Assembly: GCA_010015805.1 (NCBI GenBank) | Contig: ML978132.1 | Location: 248,001 to 312,000, forward strand | DNA length: 64,000 nt | Direction of reading: 5' to 3' | DNA from: Rhizodiscina lignyota | Taxonomy: Eukaryota | Shown here: positions 50,201 to 63,307 of the stretch, piece by piece | How the letters are laid out: each line of letters opens with the position of its first letter | How positions within the stretch are numbered: the first letter of the stretch is position 1 | Position numbers and translations under genes: made by a program | Notes under the pieces: model-generated | What the model was told of the DNA's origin: nothing | Databases searched by the model: none | Seen by the model: only the letters and a program-made list of their open reading frames with translations

Positions 50201-52575
50201 GACGGCACAGCGAATGGGTCAATCAATGGAACAATCAAAGGCACAACGGATGCTCGCAAAACGCCCGTGGAGAACAAAGGCCATACTGAAACTAAAGCCG
50301 AGGGACGTGTCAAGCTGGACATCATTCTACTCTACCTTCGTGCAATGGGCCCGTGGTGGTACTGGCTTGTCGCAGCTGCTGTCTTTGTGTTGCAGCAAAT
50401 TTCATCCGTCAGTACAAACGTATGGATCAGGCAGTGGGCGAACGCGTATGCCAACAGGCGAGTAGAGGTTGCTGGCTTTCACCATTCTTCTCCGATTACA
50501 CATGTGAGCGGCATAAGCAATCTTGGAAGTTGCCTCACAAGCGGAACCTGCGCATGGCATATGCCGGTTCTTTCTCTTCCAAAGGACAAGGAGATGTGGG
50601 CCTTGGAATCCGAGGAGGTCAACGGCGGATACTTTCTCGGCGTATATGCTATACTTGGCCTTCTGTTCATGTGCATCACATTGAGCAGAGAAGCTGTCTT
50701 GTTTGGCGGCTCGCTCCATGCCTCCCGCCGGATCCATACACGCCTAATTGAATCAGTCTGCCGCGCAAAGTTCCGCTTCTTCGATTCGACGCCTCTTGGA
50801 CAGCTCATGAATCGCTTCTCAAAGGATATCGAGGCAGTTGACCAAGAGATTGCTCCGGTCGCTGTCGGTGTAGTGCACTGCATGGCATCTATCATAACCA
50901 TTGTGGTACTCATTTCTGTCATTACTCCTGGCTTCCTCATCGCCGGATTCTTCATCACCATTCTCTACTTCTGTATCGGCAGGTTCTACCTGAGCTCTTC
51001 TGTCAGCCTCAAGCGTCTCGAGTCGGTCCAGCGAAGCCCTCTGTACCAGCAATTCGGTGAAACACTCTCAGGGATGACAACAATCCGCGCGTATGGCGAC
51101 GAGCGACGATTTATTCGTGAGAACTTGCATAAAATAAATACTCACAGCCGACCGTTCATCTATCTCTGGGCTGCGAATCGTTGGCTGGCGTTTCGAGTGG
51201 ATGTAGTCGGCGCGATGGTCTCGTTCTTTGCAGGAGTGTTTGTTGTGCTGAGCGTCGGTCGCATAGATCCTGGAGCAGCTGGTCTGGCAATGACGTACGC
51301 TGTGACGTTCACGGAGAACGTGTTATGGTTCGTGAGGCTGTACTCCTCGAACGAGCAAAACATGAACAGTGTCGAGCGTATTAAAGAGTACTTGGATGTG
51401 GAGCAGGAGGCGCCACCGATCGTGCCTGATAACCGACCGCCGGGCAATTGGCCGAGTAAGGGCGGAGTCGAATTCATCAGTTACAGCACGAGATATAGGA
51501 AGGACTTTGATTTTGTGCTCAAGGGAATAACGTTCAAGGTCCTACCTGGAGAGAAGGTGGGCGTTGTTGGAAGGACTGGTGCTGGAAAGAGCTCCCTGGC
51601 GCTTGCACTCTTCCGCGCTTTGGAGGCAGAAGAGGGCAAGATACTCGTGGACGATGTGGATATCGGATTAATTGGGTTGCAAGACCTACGAGAAAATATC
51701 GTCATGGTACCACAAGGTAAGCTCTAGCACAAACTGGACTCATTGTCCTCTGATCAAGGCGACACTGACATCTTACAGACCCGACACTGTTCACGGGCAC
51801 GATTCGCAGCAACCTCGATCCATTCAATCTATTCACAGACGAAGAGATCTTCACAGCTCTACGGCGCGTCCAGCTCATCGGCGCTGCTACGTCAATACCA
51901 ACTACCCCAATACGGCCCTCGACTCCTGCATTCAGAAACGATACGCAACAGCAACCCAATTCTCCTCAGAAACCCGATGCTCCCCCTGCAAATAGAGCAA
52001 CAACAAATACTCGTGACACCATCATCGACATCCCTGATCCTTCAGCAACTTCAGGCAACCTTCCAACCTCTGCTGGTTCCCCAACCGACAACAGAAATCC
52101 TTTCCTCTCACTCTCTTCACCAATCTCGGAATCCGGATCGAATCTCTCCCAAGGTCAACGCCAGCTACTCTGCCTTGCGCGAGCTCTCCTCAAGAACCCG
52201 AAGGTCCTCCTCATGGACGAAGCTACGGCGAGCATCGACTATGCGACCGATGCAAAGATTCAGGAAACTATCCGCGAGATCAAGAATACCACAATCACGA
52301 TTGCGCACAGGTTACAGACGATCATTGATTACGACAAGGTACTCGTGTTGGATCGAGGCGAAGTTGTCGAGTTTGGGAGTCCGTGGGAATTGTTAGAGAT
52401 CGGCAAGGAAAAGGAGACTGCTAATGGAGAGAGCTCAAGCGGCTCTGAGAATGGAAGTGCGAAGAAGGATATTGGTGTCTTTCGAGGCATGTGCGAGATG
52501 AGCGGCGATATGGAGACGTTGGAAAAGGAGGCAAAAGCCGCGTGGGAGAAAAAGAAGTTGGTTGACGATCAATAG
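47235..52575 (+). CDS. ABCC/MRP transporter, Ybt1/Bat1 bile-acid transporter-like
   Basis: NBD1 has GPTGCGKT, LSGGQKQR and LLDD; NBD2 has GRTGAGKS, NLSQGQRQL and LMDEATASID. Introns 47300-47356 and ~51717-51778. Confidence 0.92.
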
Positions 52576-52768
52576 ATGATGGTGATACCGGATAGACTGG
52601 GAGGCTTTTGTGTCTTGTATTATGCGCGTTTACAGTTCACTGTGAATAGTTCTGCATTGAGGATCTCGTCGGGATCGACTGCTAATTCTTCATGTTCATT
52701 GCGCAATACTCCAGATAAATACAACCGTTCATCACATAAATCACTGAAGCACCCAAGCATTGATGAGT

Positions 52769-54410
52769 CTACCGCATCAGAGATATTAACAATGCTTCCG
52801 TCGCCTTCACCTCAACATCGATCGCTTTGTTCTTGACATCAAGGACAATCGTGTCGTTGGCGACGGTTTCCGGGTGCCCATTCTTCTCTTTGCTCCACCT
52901 TTGCCCAGCCCAGCTAATATTGTGCTGGGCTGTTCCATTATCTCCGGTTAGCTTCTGGACTTGCACCTTGTCAACTCCTCCCAGAGGTCCAAGAGTAATG
53001 TTCCGACCCGGTCGCTCCTTGCCCGGTTCCGCATGCCACAACTCTTCATTGAGGAGAACAATCTGTGCGAGGGTGCTGTCATGGTAGATGGAGTAGGCAA
53101 CAACGGCTCCGGGCCCATTATCTGTTTTGCCGAGATCCCATTCTGCAATTTGTAGCTTCTTGCCCTTTCCGGCGCCAAGGATGTCTGCAACGAATACGTG
53201 GCCGTACCATCCTCCAAGTACCTGGGCAGGTTGTTTCTGCCCACCGACGGTTGCAGGGATGGGTTGCCACGCAGAGAACGGAGCTTGGGTTATCATCTGC
53301 ATGTTGATCCTGCTGACGCCGATGCTCATGGCATACAGCATCCAATCGACGGTCCAAATCGCGGATCCAAGAGAGGCCTGCAAAGTGTAGTCTTTGTGTC
53401 CATTGCCGAGAGCTGATCCGACTTCGCCGAGGATGAACGGGATGGGTTGAGTAAGGTTCTTTCGGAGGTAGTTGACTGGGCGGTGAAAAGAGGTTGAGGT
53501 CTTGTTGGAGGTCTCGGTGTGATTAAGGAGGGTATCTTGAAGGCTCATACCGCCGTATGTTTGGTAGTAATGCTGCGATATGGCCTTTACTTTACCCGTT
53601 TCATTCACAAGGCCGTCCTTGAAGGCAGTTGAAACATTCCACTTCGTGTTCGAAGCGAAGCTGCAAGCCCAGAAATCCGGACCATTGTGGAGCGACAGGT
53701 TCTTGCTCAGTACATCGGCGTACGTTGTCCATTGGTGGACGTAATCGCTCAGACTATATGTCCCCTTGCAAACACCGCCTGGGTACAGATTCACCTCGTT
53801 GCCGATCTCGAGCGCTTCAAAGGTGCCGTCCAACATCTTGCCGATGCTTGCATTTGCAAAGTGAACAGCGTTGGAGAGATTGTATCGCGCCAAAGGAACC
53901 ATCAGGATCCACTTAGCCTCTTTGAGGAACGAAAATGATTCTATCCATGGCCCGCCGAGGGTCATGTTAGAGCGGAGGCCCTCTGTCCTGTTATCAGGGT
54001 AGTTCACGGCTTCTTTTTGAGATGGATCGAAGATCGAGTGATCCCTGTGACAGACATGTAAGTTGTGTGCAGGTAAAGCAGTCGACTACTCGCGATCATA
54101 CATTGATGTCCCTCCAACACGAATCGGCAGCGGCGAGCCCGTCCTGTTCGATAATGTCGAGAACATGTTTAAAGAAAAGCCATTTGGATGCGATTTGTTG
54201 CCTATACATCTGTTAGCTGGTGTATACATTTAATATCTGATGTAAAGCCGTACCAGTATAATCCGGAAATGAGCCCGCCTCGATTCCAAAACCGAGGAAT
54301 TGAGGATCAATGGCTGCAGATGCATTTTTGGGTACCTTCGGCGAAAGGTCGATGCTAAGAGAGTGTGCAAGAGGAATAGAAAGGAGCGAAAACCACGAAA
54401 ATCTATGCAT
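52769..54410 (-). CDS. Secreted glycoside hydrolase family 79 (beta-glucuronidase-like)
   Basis: Signal peptide, FLGFGIE..SFPDY, RVGG, LEIGNEVNLY (acid/base), SQHYYQ, ILGEVGS (nucleophile) and AIWTVDWMLY. Confidence 0.85.
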
Positions 54411-55385
54411 ATTGAAGACAAAGGAGGGATATTGAATGAATAGCTGGAACTTATCTTGAGGCTTGAAAATTCGAACTTTGGCTCTTAAGTATCTACTACT
54501 CCGTACATCAGGTTTACAACCTTGGCAAATGGGCGTCGAAGTTCCCAGAGCGTTGCATAGTGATTGCTGACTGTCAGTGTCCGAGTGAGTAATTAGGGGA
54601 CAGTGGTTCAGCACCGCGCCCTAGAATAGCTACATTTTTCTGGAGTATTGTAGCTAAGAGGAAGACAGTGGGCCAGTTACATCATTGGAGGATTGTGGAT
54701 TTGCATGGCTGAGCGTGGCTTGGAGGTTCGAAAGGGCGAAGATCAACAGGGCGCTGGTTGCCGCGAACTCAGTGGCAACACTGGCAACGAACCTGAGAAG
54801 AACATGAACAGCAGATTCCAGTAAATGCAACATTGCAGCTCTCGGAGGATATGGGAGTAAGCAAATATCATCTTATGCTGGAGCGTAGACAATAAAGGGG
54901 CTTAGATTCACGGAGCTACTCCGTAGAGCAGGAGGATCGGACTCTCCAATCAAATTTCCGAAAAATCGGAAATACGTACGATTATTTACTAGGTACTTAA
55001 ATCTCTTTGGTACATTCTATCGCCTTTAAGATCACTTTGCTGCTAAAATAGTTGGACTACCTAAAATAAGCGGTATTAGGTCTTCCTCTATCATTGAATC
55101 TGTGAGCTGTGAAGCGTACTGTGATGTCTTCTTTCGCTTTTTAGCTTTCACTCTCAAAGCCCCTATCGCTTTGCGGTGGACGCGGGCAGGCATTTGATTA
55201 GAGGCAGCAGTGTTTTCCATTATTCCTCTGAGGTACAGCGGTTCAGTTCCTGTCAAATTTACCCACAGTATACCCACCCTTGTGAAAAGTTGGTCCAGAA
55301 ACTGAGAGAATAATCACGAGCGTGGTATGTGGAGAAATGGACTAACAGCGAGAATGATTGATACAACGAATAGTAGACATTCCAA

Positions 55386-56432
55386 TTACTTCCGCAAGAG
55401 TACAAAATCATGCTCCAGGACCCACAGGCCTTTTCGATTCTGCACATTCATTCGTTGAAGCGAAGATTCCAAATTATAGCCCTTAGCTACTGCTGGCAGC
55501 TCTTCAGACCATTGAAAGTCCTTGATCAATGACTTTTTTACGCCGAACACTGGATCTGTGGCTACATTCTTACTGTCTCGCGAATACAAAGCCGTGGTGA
55601 GATCAATATAAGCAGGGTGCTTGATTTGAAAATGCTGGAAAGATGTCATTAAACATTCTGCGGCTCCGAAGACGTTCTTGAAACCTTACCACGTGTGCCG
55701 GTCGAGTTTGGTTGCGGCCCAGATGTCGCAGCATTACACCGATCGGTCCATCATCTGGAATGTTGTAATCGACGCTCTTTACGCCAATCAAATAGAAGCG
55801 GCCTTCGCTGTCCGTCCGGAAGACACCTCTACAGTCTGGCCCGTCGCGACTTGGATCCTGCATATCGTAGAATCCGTTACCGTTCGTCTCCCACACATCA
55901 ACGGTCACGCCCTCGATTGCGGTTCCGTCTGTCGCTTTCACGGTGCCGTGAATTAGCATTGGCTCTCCAATGACGCCTTCAGAGCCGATCGACTCTCCAT
56001 TCTCAAGAACATGAGCTTCGTTGTGGAATGGTCCGAGAACCGAGGATTCAGTTGCTGACACCGACTGCGCTTGAGCTGAATTTATTGCGTCCACCAAGGC
56101 GGAGACTCCCAAGACATCCGAAAGCAGGATCATCTCCTGTCGTTCTGGGGTACAAAATTGGCCGACCTACTCTAGCACAGACTTATTACAAGGCATACTT
56201 GAGCGATGGAAGCGGACTCTCCCACCTCCGTGAGATACTGCCATCCAGTTTCCCATTCTCCGGTTCGCAGCCGCACTTCTCGAACGTAGTCATGCAGATG
56301 CTGAATTAGACCTGAAACCAACTCTTTGGTTCTGTCGTCAGGCGCATTTCTGGTGCAGATGTTGATAACATGCTGGGTCAAATTGTCGGCTGTCAGGTCC
56401 TCGAGGCTTTCGTTTTCTCCAGTCGCTGCCAT
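55386..56432 (-). CDS. Intradiol ring-cleavage dioxygenase (hydroxyquinol/catechol 1,2-dioxygenase)
   Basis: LIQHLHDYVREVRL...EW, ILLSDVLGVS, TESSVLGPFH, GFYDMQD, YNIPDDGP, RPAHV|HF and DPVFGVK. Two introns. Confidence 0.92.
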
Positions 56433-57098
56433 TTTCGAATTTCCGTACGAGAGGTTGTAGGGAGACGACTGAATGAGAGAAAAATTCAAGAATATATTTC
56501 GTCAAGTGTATGAAATACCATGCGCCGAGAAAGATCGTAATGCTGCCTAAGAAGCTTCAGCTTTCGGGAGGATTCCGACGATTGGCCCGACAGATCCTTG
56601 ATGGGCCACAGCTGTAAAGAAATAGACCGACAGCTGTTTGGTTGCGACGGCGCACGGAAAGGACCGAAGGTTAAGCGGTATGCTACAATGCCTTAAGCAG
56701 TTAAAGGAATAAAGATGAATTGTAATCATGAAAAGCTGCGTAATACATCCTGACTACAGATTATCGTATCGTACTAATTTCGATATCCGTCGGGGTCGGC
56801 TCTTTCGTGACACCGGAGGACGGTAAGCTCTCACGGCAAGTATAAATGTTTCATCGGCGTATTTAGGTTTTTTTTGAGCTGACGGAAGTCTTCCGATGCA
56901 ATTGCAATGCCATTCCTTTCTACGGAGTATCGTCTCGGCAATTGAAAGGCAAATACGAATATTCCTAATAAGAGCTCGCTCGAGATCTAAATTAGGCCGA
57001 TACCCTAAAGAGGTTGTCGCTTCGGTAGACAAATTAGTCAAATATAGCCTGTTCAGGTTCTCAGTAAGAACATCAATTATCAAGGGAAAAAACAACGA

Positions 57099-58543
57099 AT
57101 GAAGCACCACAAATTTCATGTTGCGATCATCGGCGCAGGACTCGGTGGATTGGCTGCAGCGATTGGAATCGCAAAAGCTGGTCATCGAGTTACCATCATA
57201 GAGCGTGCACCGGCGCTCGCGGAGGTATAAACGCCAGCCTCAAGGCTCGCAAACAGAGCAGCGAAGCTTATCAGGTTCCTCGATGTAGATCGGCGCCGGA
57301 ATTCAAATTCCTCCAAATTCAACTCGCATCCTGAAGCAATGGGGAATCCTGGAGAACGTCGAGTCACTGTCCGACCGACCTGAGGAGTTCATCTTCCGCT
57401 CGTACCGCGATGGTAAGGTCTTGTCGAGTGTCAACCTGCCAGCGCTATCAGAAGGGAAATATGGACAACCGTATCTGCATATCCATCGAGCAGACTATCA
57501 CGAAGTGCTGGTTCAAGAGCTATATTGTTTGGGAGGAAAGGTCCAATTGAATTCAGAAGTGACTGGAATTGACTTTAATGAGCCAGCTATTCACATCAAA
57601 GGCCTTCCCGATGTCTTCCCAGACATTATTATCGGAGCAGACGGGCTCAAATCGAAATGCCGGGACTCTCTACTGGGCCGATCGAATCCGCCTGTAATCA
57701 GTGGTGACATGGCGTACCGCTGTATTATTAAGGCGGAGAAGATGAAACAGAATCCTATTCTCGCGGATTTGGTGCAATCTCACGATCTCCACTATTGGAT
57801 TGGGCCGGGACAGCACATCGTCTGCTACAAATTAAGAGCGGGAGACCTGTTTAATATCGTCATCGCATGCACCGACACTTTGCCAGAGACGACAGATATG
57901 AGTCCTGCTGATATCAACGAACTCCGGGCAAGGGTGACAGGCTGGGACCCAAAATTGCAAGCTCTACTCGAACTGGCAGAGCAAGGTGGTGTTGGAAGAT
58001 TAATGAGGGTCGACGAGATGGAGACCTGGATTCATTCGTCAGGCAAGTTTGCCCTCCTGGGGGATGCATGCCATTCAACTCTTCCGTACATGTAAGTTTG
58101 ACGAGATATGCTGTGATCATTGAAGATGTCTGATGTACCGAGTTTCGTATAGTGCGCAGGGAGCTGCTCAGGCCATCGAAGACGGTGCTGTTCTCGGTCA
58201 CTTATTTGAGAAAATAAGCCAGCCAAGTCAGCTTTGCGATCTGTTAGTAATTTATGAGGCTCTACGGAAGTCACGTACCAGTCGCGTTGTGAAAGCTGCT
58301 ACTCACGGCCGTCGCGTGCTTCATCTTCCCGATGGACCGCTTCAGGAAGAGAGAGATCGGCAGCTTCTGGAGGAAACACCATTCGAAGGCTTCCCACATC
58401 CGTGGGCGGATCCTGTTATGCAAGAGTTCCTCTATGGCTACGATGCTCAGAAGGAAGTTGACCGCGCGTGGGAAAGATACTTATCGGGGACATTCCCATC
58501 AACCACAGCTGCTTGGAGAAGTGCGATGAAAGCTGAATTGTAG
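57099..58543 (+). CDS. FAD-dependent monooxygenase, salicylate hydroxylase-like (group A)
   Basis: IIGAGLGGL, IGAGIQIPPNS, IHRADY, GADGLKS and LLGDACHSTLPY..QGAAQAIEDG. Introns ~57225-57288 and ~58092-58152. Confidence 0.92.
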
Positions 58544-59309
58544 TTTTACAATAGAATGAATCCGGATTTCAGGAAGCATATTTCATTATTTAGTCTCTCA
58601 GTGTCAATCTGGACTGATATCTTTGTTCCAAAATAAGATCAAATCACGCTAATGCATAATAGGCATAGCGTATGCCGAGGATTAAGCAGAAAACTTCGCA
58701 ACTCGTCGAGATTTCTATCTACAACTCATCTGCGCTTGTAATTTGGCATTTCTGTGACGAAAAGTCCTAAAATGCATTCAATTAGCTGCATTAATACCCC
58801 CTCCACTCTCCTTAGCAATCGTCTACTTGTTCTCGTTGTACTTTCTCACCGAAGCCACTCAAGCTTTGCGGAGATAACGTTAATGAGAAATCAAACCTCA
58901 ACAAGCGCGTTGATTCCGCTGCATACATGATTGCTTAGAAACTAAGAAGAGCTACCAATTCGTAATTCCATCTGGAGAGGCTTCCGACCCTTGCAATTGT
59001 GGGAATGCCTCTCGCGCGAGTTTAGAGACCGGTCGCCGAGCTGTTCAAGAGCGGGGACTCGCATGATAACTAGTCTAACTCCATAATACGATGACATACG
59101 CACTTATGGCACACTAATTTCCATACAGCTTGATGCATGACGACACATGGGCTGAGCATATGTGGTCAAAGCACTACACGATCAATTCTAATTGCCGTTG
59201 CGGTCGAACTTGACTTCACTGTGGATCGGTTACCTCAAAGACAAAAGTTCTAATTGGTATCTATCTGACATGGCACTCTGTGGTTCAAGAAAAATAACGC
59301 TTTGGTGCA

Positions 59310-59918
59310 TTATGCAATGACACGGTAACGATCCTCCAGAGACTTCTTATCCTTTGGTAGTGGAAGATCGCCGACCGGCTTGCCAATGACGAGCTGAGCA
59401 AGGAGTTGCCACTTGGGATTGATGTTCCACGTCTTCCTTACTTCTTCGTCGATGAGGGGGTTGTAGTGTTGCACGTTGGCCCCGAGCCCTTCGGCCTCCA
59501 GCGCTGTCCATACGAGCAATTGGTGCATTCCGCTCGTCTGCTCGCGCCAGCCTCCGAATTTATCGGCGTACATCTTGAAGCCGGCGAGCGGCTCGTATGG
59601 AGACGGATCCTCGAAGAACAGAATTGATGCATATGCACCTTGAAAGGCGTCGAGTTTTGCGTTGGTCGCCTTGGCTTGCTCACCCGATACATGCGGCGCG
59701 ACTGCGGTTTTGGCGATGTCCCATAGCTTCCTGTGGTTGTTTCCAAGCAGAATGACAATGCGCGTGCTCTGTGTGTTGAAGGCCGATGGAGCTGCGAGGA
59801 GCACTTTCTGGACGATTTCCTCTAATCGCGCGTCTGAGATGGTGGATTCGTTTGAGAGCGCGTACACCGAGCGCCTATCGGCAACGGCGGAAATCAGGGT
59901 ATTTGTTGTTGCTGACAT
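59310..59918 (-). CDS. Nitroreductase family protein (Frm2/Hbn1-like), intronless
   Basis: RRSVYAL, APSAFNTQSTR, WTALEAEGLGANVQHYNPLID and W.L.AQLVIG. Confidence 0.92.
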   Translation of the reverse strand: MSATTNTLISAVADRRSVYALSNESTISDARLEEIVQKVLLAAPSAFNTQSTRIVILLGNNHRKLWDIAKTAVAPHVSGEQAKATNAKLDAFQGAYASILFFEDPSPYEPLAGFKMYADKFGGWREQTSGMHQLLVWTALEAEGLGANVQHYNPLIDEEVRKTWNINPKWQLLAQLVIGKPVGDLPLPKDKKSLEDRYRVIA

Positions 59919-60721
59919 TGTTTCTAGTACTTTTCAATTGGTTGATCGGTTGGGATACCGGATGGGGTACAGTAATTAAGATTGCAATGCACGACTGATG
60001 TAAGACTGGAGGATTGTGGAATTGCTGCTCTTCTGCATAGCTCTCGAGACGGAGCGGACGTATATGTACATCAACAGCGGCCGCATCCGCGCCTCATAGA
60101 TTTCAAATGAAAGCGATTACATCATCTATCTTTACCTATATTAGCGTGATTGATAAGTAGTGATTAAGTCCGTGTCTCATAGCAGAGCGAAGATGATAGA
60201 AAACGGTGCTTTGGATGGACAGCGGAACAGAGTGCAGCTCGGTACATAATCGACTCTCCAAGTTTCGCTTTATTTCCGGATCGTCCGCTACATACAGGGA
60301 TGTTGCCCCTGGGCCTTGTGCTTTTCGAAATGGTCCGTATATGGCTTATCTAATGGCCAACTAGCGATCTGATGGCTAACTAGCGTGGGCATCTGCAAAG
60401 TCCGGAATCTAATAGGATCTTTCCGAGCTGCGGCCCAATTCCTCTCCTCTTACACATACAGTACACCTTGCAAACATCTTTGCTGTAATCCGGAGCCTTA
60501 CCGACACCGTCTCGTCTAACTGTCCTCGCGGTGAAAATATGATGACTTGTTTTATTATCTAGGACCTATAGGGTAGAGTAGTAGCTCCGGCAGAGAATTC
60601 AGAGAATTCCACCATTGACGAGGGCTGGCGTCGGCCGAACTCTAAAAATCTCGTTTTCAGCTTTTCTGTACCCATTCTTGAGCTGGAATTTTCTTTTCCT
60701 TGAAAGGTAATAGCAGGAGAG

Positions 60722-62887
60722 ATGGCGACCAATGAAGTAACACTGCGGCCTCCTACAGGCGTCGATGGTACTGCGTTGGAGGTGGATTACTTGATCGTCG
60801 GCGCAGGGCCGGCCGGAGCCTCACTGGGCTGTTTCCTGGGCAGGTATGGTATGTACGAGCGTGGCAAATCTGCATTGCAGGACAACAATTAGTGACTATG
60901 AACAGGACTGAAAGGCCTCATCATCAGTGCTGCACCATCTACTGCTCATACGCCTCGAGCGCATATAATTAACCAGCCAGCGATGGGTATGCGAATACCC
61001 GCCTCGGTGACTTCGGCAGCATGATCTGATAGGAGTAGAGTGTATTCGTGATTTAGATCTTGACCTGGAGAAAGAATGTCTCAGGCTGGGTTATTCAGGG
61101 CCCGAGAAGGGCCACACACGTTGGTGCTCCACTTTGGCCGGAAGGGAATTTGGCCGTATTCATTCTTGGGGATCTGGGCCGGAGCGCGCCGTAGGTTAGC
61201 CGACTTCTCAGAGTTTTAGAAGTTGAGAGCATGTCCTTTATGACATATCTGTTAACTCAAAGAACTCATCATAGGGAGACTTCCAGCTAAGCAGCCCGTG
61301 CTCGCATTTGGAGCTTCCGCAGACTCTGCTCGAACCAATATTGCTTCGATACGCGACACAGCATGGATTTCCATGCAGATTTAGCACCCGCCTCTTGAGT
61401 TTTGATGACTCCGGCAGCGATAGTGTGGTAGCCGAAGTTCAGGACAGAATATTTGGGACGACTCAAAAGATCCGTTGCAAGTATCTTTTCGGGGCAGATG
61501 GTGCAAGAAGTCGAATTGTCGAACAACTGCAGCTTCCCTTATCAAAGAAACCCAGCCAGGGAGTGGCCTTGAATGTCCTCATTCGGGCAGATCTATCGGA
61601 TATCATGAAAACTCGCGTCGGAAATCTGCATTATGTGGTCAGGCCGGATGTAGAAATGCCCGATTTTGCTGGATGGTCAATTGTCCGCATGGTTAAGCCG
61701 TGGTATGAGTGGCTTATAATCATGATGTACAAGCCAACATGTCCTGCAGATTTCATGCCTACCGAAGCGCAGGTCCATAGTCAGGTCAAGGCAGTACTCG
61801 GAGATGACTCGGTCTCAGTGGAAGTTCGTCGTGTTGATAAATGGATTATCAATGAGACGGTTGCAGAATCGTATAGCAAGGGACGAGTGTGAGTATCTGA
61901 TTCGTTACCTAGCGTTTGTGGCTAATACTGGCCAGATACTGTCTCGGTGATGCTGTCCATCGGCATCCTCCCATGAACGGCCTTGGATCCAATACCTGCA
62001 TTCAGGATGCTGCAAACCTCGCATGGAAAGTGGCTATGGTTGAGAAAGGTATTGCAGCTCATTGAGACGCTCCCAGAAACTCGTTTTGACAGTCAACGGC
62101 AGGATTGGCGGGAAAAGCGCTCCTCGATACATACTCGGGCGAACGGCAACCGGTCGGAGCTCAGGTCATTGAACGGTAATGAATCCAACAACATATCCCT
62201 CAATTAGCTGCGGTTGAATTGACGATTCATTACAGTGCCAATACGTCTCTGCGGAATCACTTTCCAATCTTCGAGGCTCTCGGTTCCTTGAGCCCGTCGC
62301 TTGCAGAGCGAAAGGAGCAATTTGCTATTTTAGACGAGAATTCGCACCGAGGCCGCGCGCAACGCCGGCAACTCATGGAGTCTATAGGCTTCGCATGTCA
62401 TGAGTTTCTGGCGCACGGCTCGGATATGAGCCAGCGCTATGAATCGTCAGCGGTCTTCCTCCATGACGCCGGAGACCTGCCGGCGCCACCATCCAATCCA
62501 GTGCTCTACCATGAGCCGCATACCTTCCCTGGAGTTCGGTTGCCACATGCTTGGCTGAACACCCCAATTCCGAAGCAACAGGTCTCGACAGTAGACCTTG
62601 CTGGTAAAGGAAGGTTTGCACTCTTCACTGGCCATGGGGGAGAAGCGTGGCGAAGTGCTGCCGAAAAGGTCAAAGGAGGCCTCGGTATAGACATTGCGGT
62701 ATATGCAGTGGGATATGGGCTTGAATATGAAGCGGTATACAACGATTGGTATCGCCTTAGGGAGGTCGACGAAGATGGTTGTGTTCTAGTTCGTCCAGAC
62801 AATTTCATTGCTTGGAGAAGCGAGAATTTGGTCGGAGATTGCTCGGCGATTCTGCGACGAGTGTTGGAACACATTCTGGCGCTATAA
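60722..62887 (+). CDS. FAD-dependent phenol monooxygenase, 2,4-dichlorophenol 6-monooxygenase (TfdB)-like, multi-exon
   Basis: LIVGAGPAG, TPRAHIINQ, LPQTLLEPIL, FGADGARS, GDAVHRHPPMNGLGSNTCIQDA.NLAWK, PG.RLPHAWL and GCVLVRPD. Confidence 0.9.
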
Positions 62888-63307
62888 ATACAAGTACATC
62901 CATAGTCTTCCTCCTGAATGGTTTCTGTCGTCAATCCGTAAGATTTGAATTCCTGAGGCAACCATAATTTTCGATGTCTCTTGATAGGCGGTCGAATTCC
63001 CATGTCGGCATGCGGAGTAATTTCGCCGTGGTGCCCTGATGGATGAGAATAGAACGAGTAATCCTTGGTATAGAAATGTCTTCTCATCATCGAAATTTCG
63101 CAGTTTCAACGAAATTGGCACAGGAAACTCGTCACGTCTTCTTGCACGTTCCCAATGAGGACAAGTGCTGCTTACACTCGTCTGACCTAAGGTACTGAAG
63201 TTAGCAGGAGCAACCTGAACCAACAAAAGATTTGTCGAATTCAATGGCTTCTTTCTGTGCCTCTTGAGATTTCATCTTCATCGCAGACTCTTCAATCAAT
63301 CCGCAAT

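Noticed and set aside
51743..52396. Separate 217-aa ORF overlapping the ABC transporter
   Set aside because: It is an alternative-frame shadow. The true exon after the ~51717-51778 intron encodes NBD2, with a low-complexity Ser/Thr/Pro insert.
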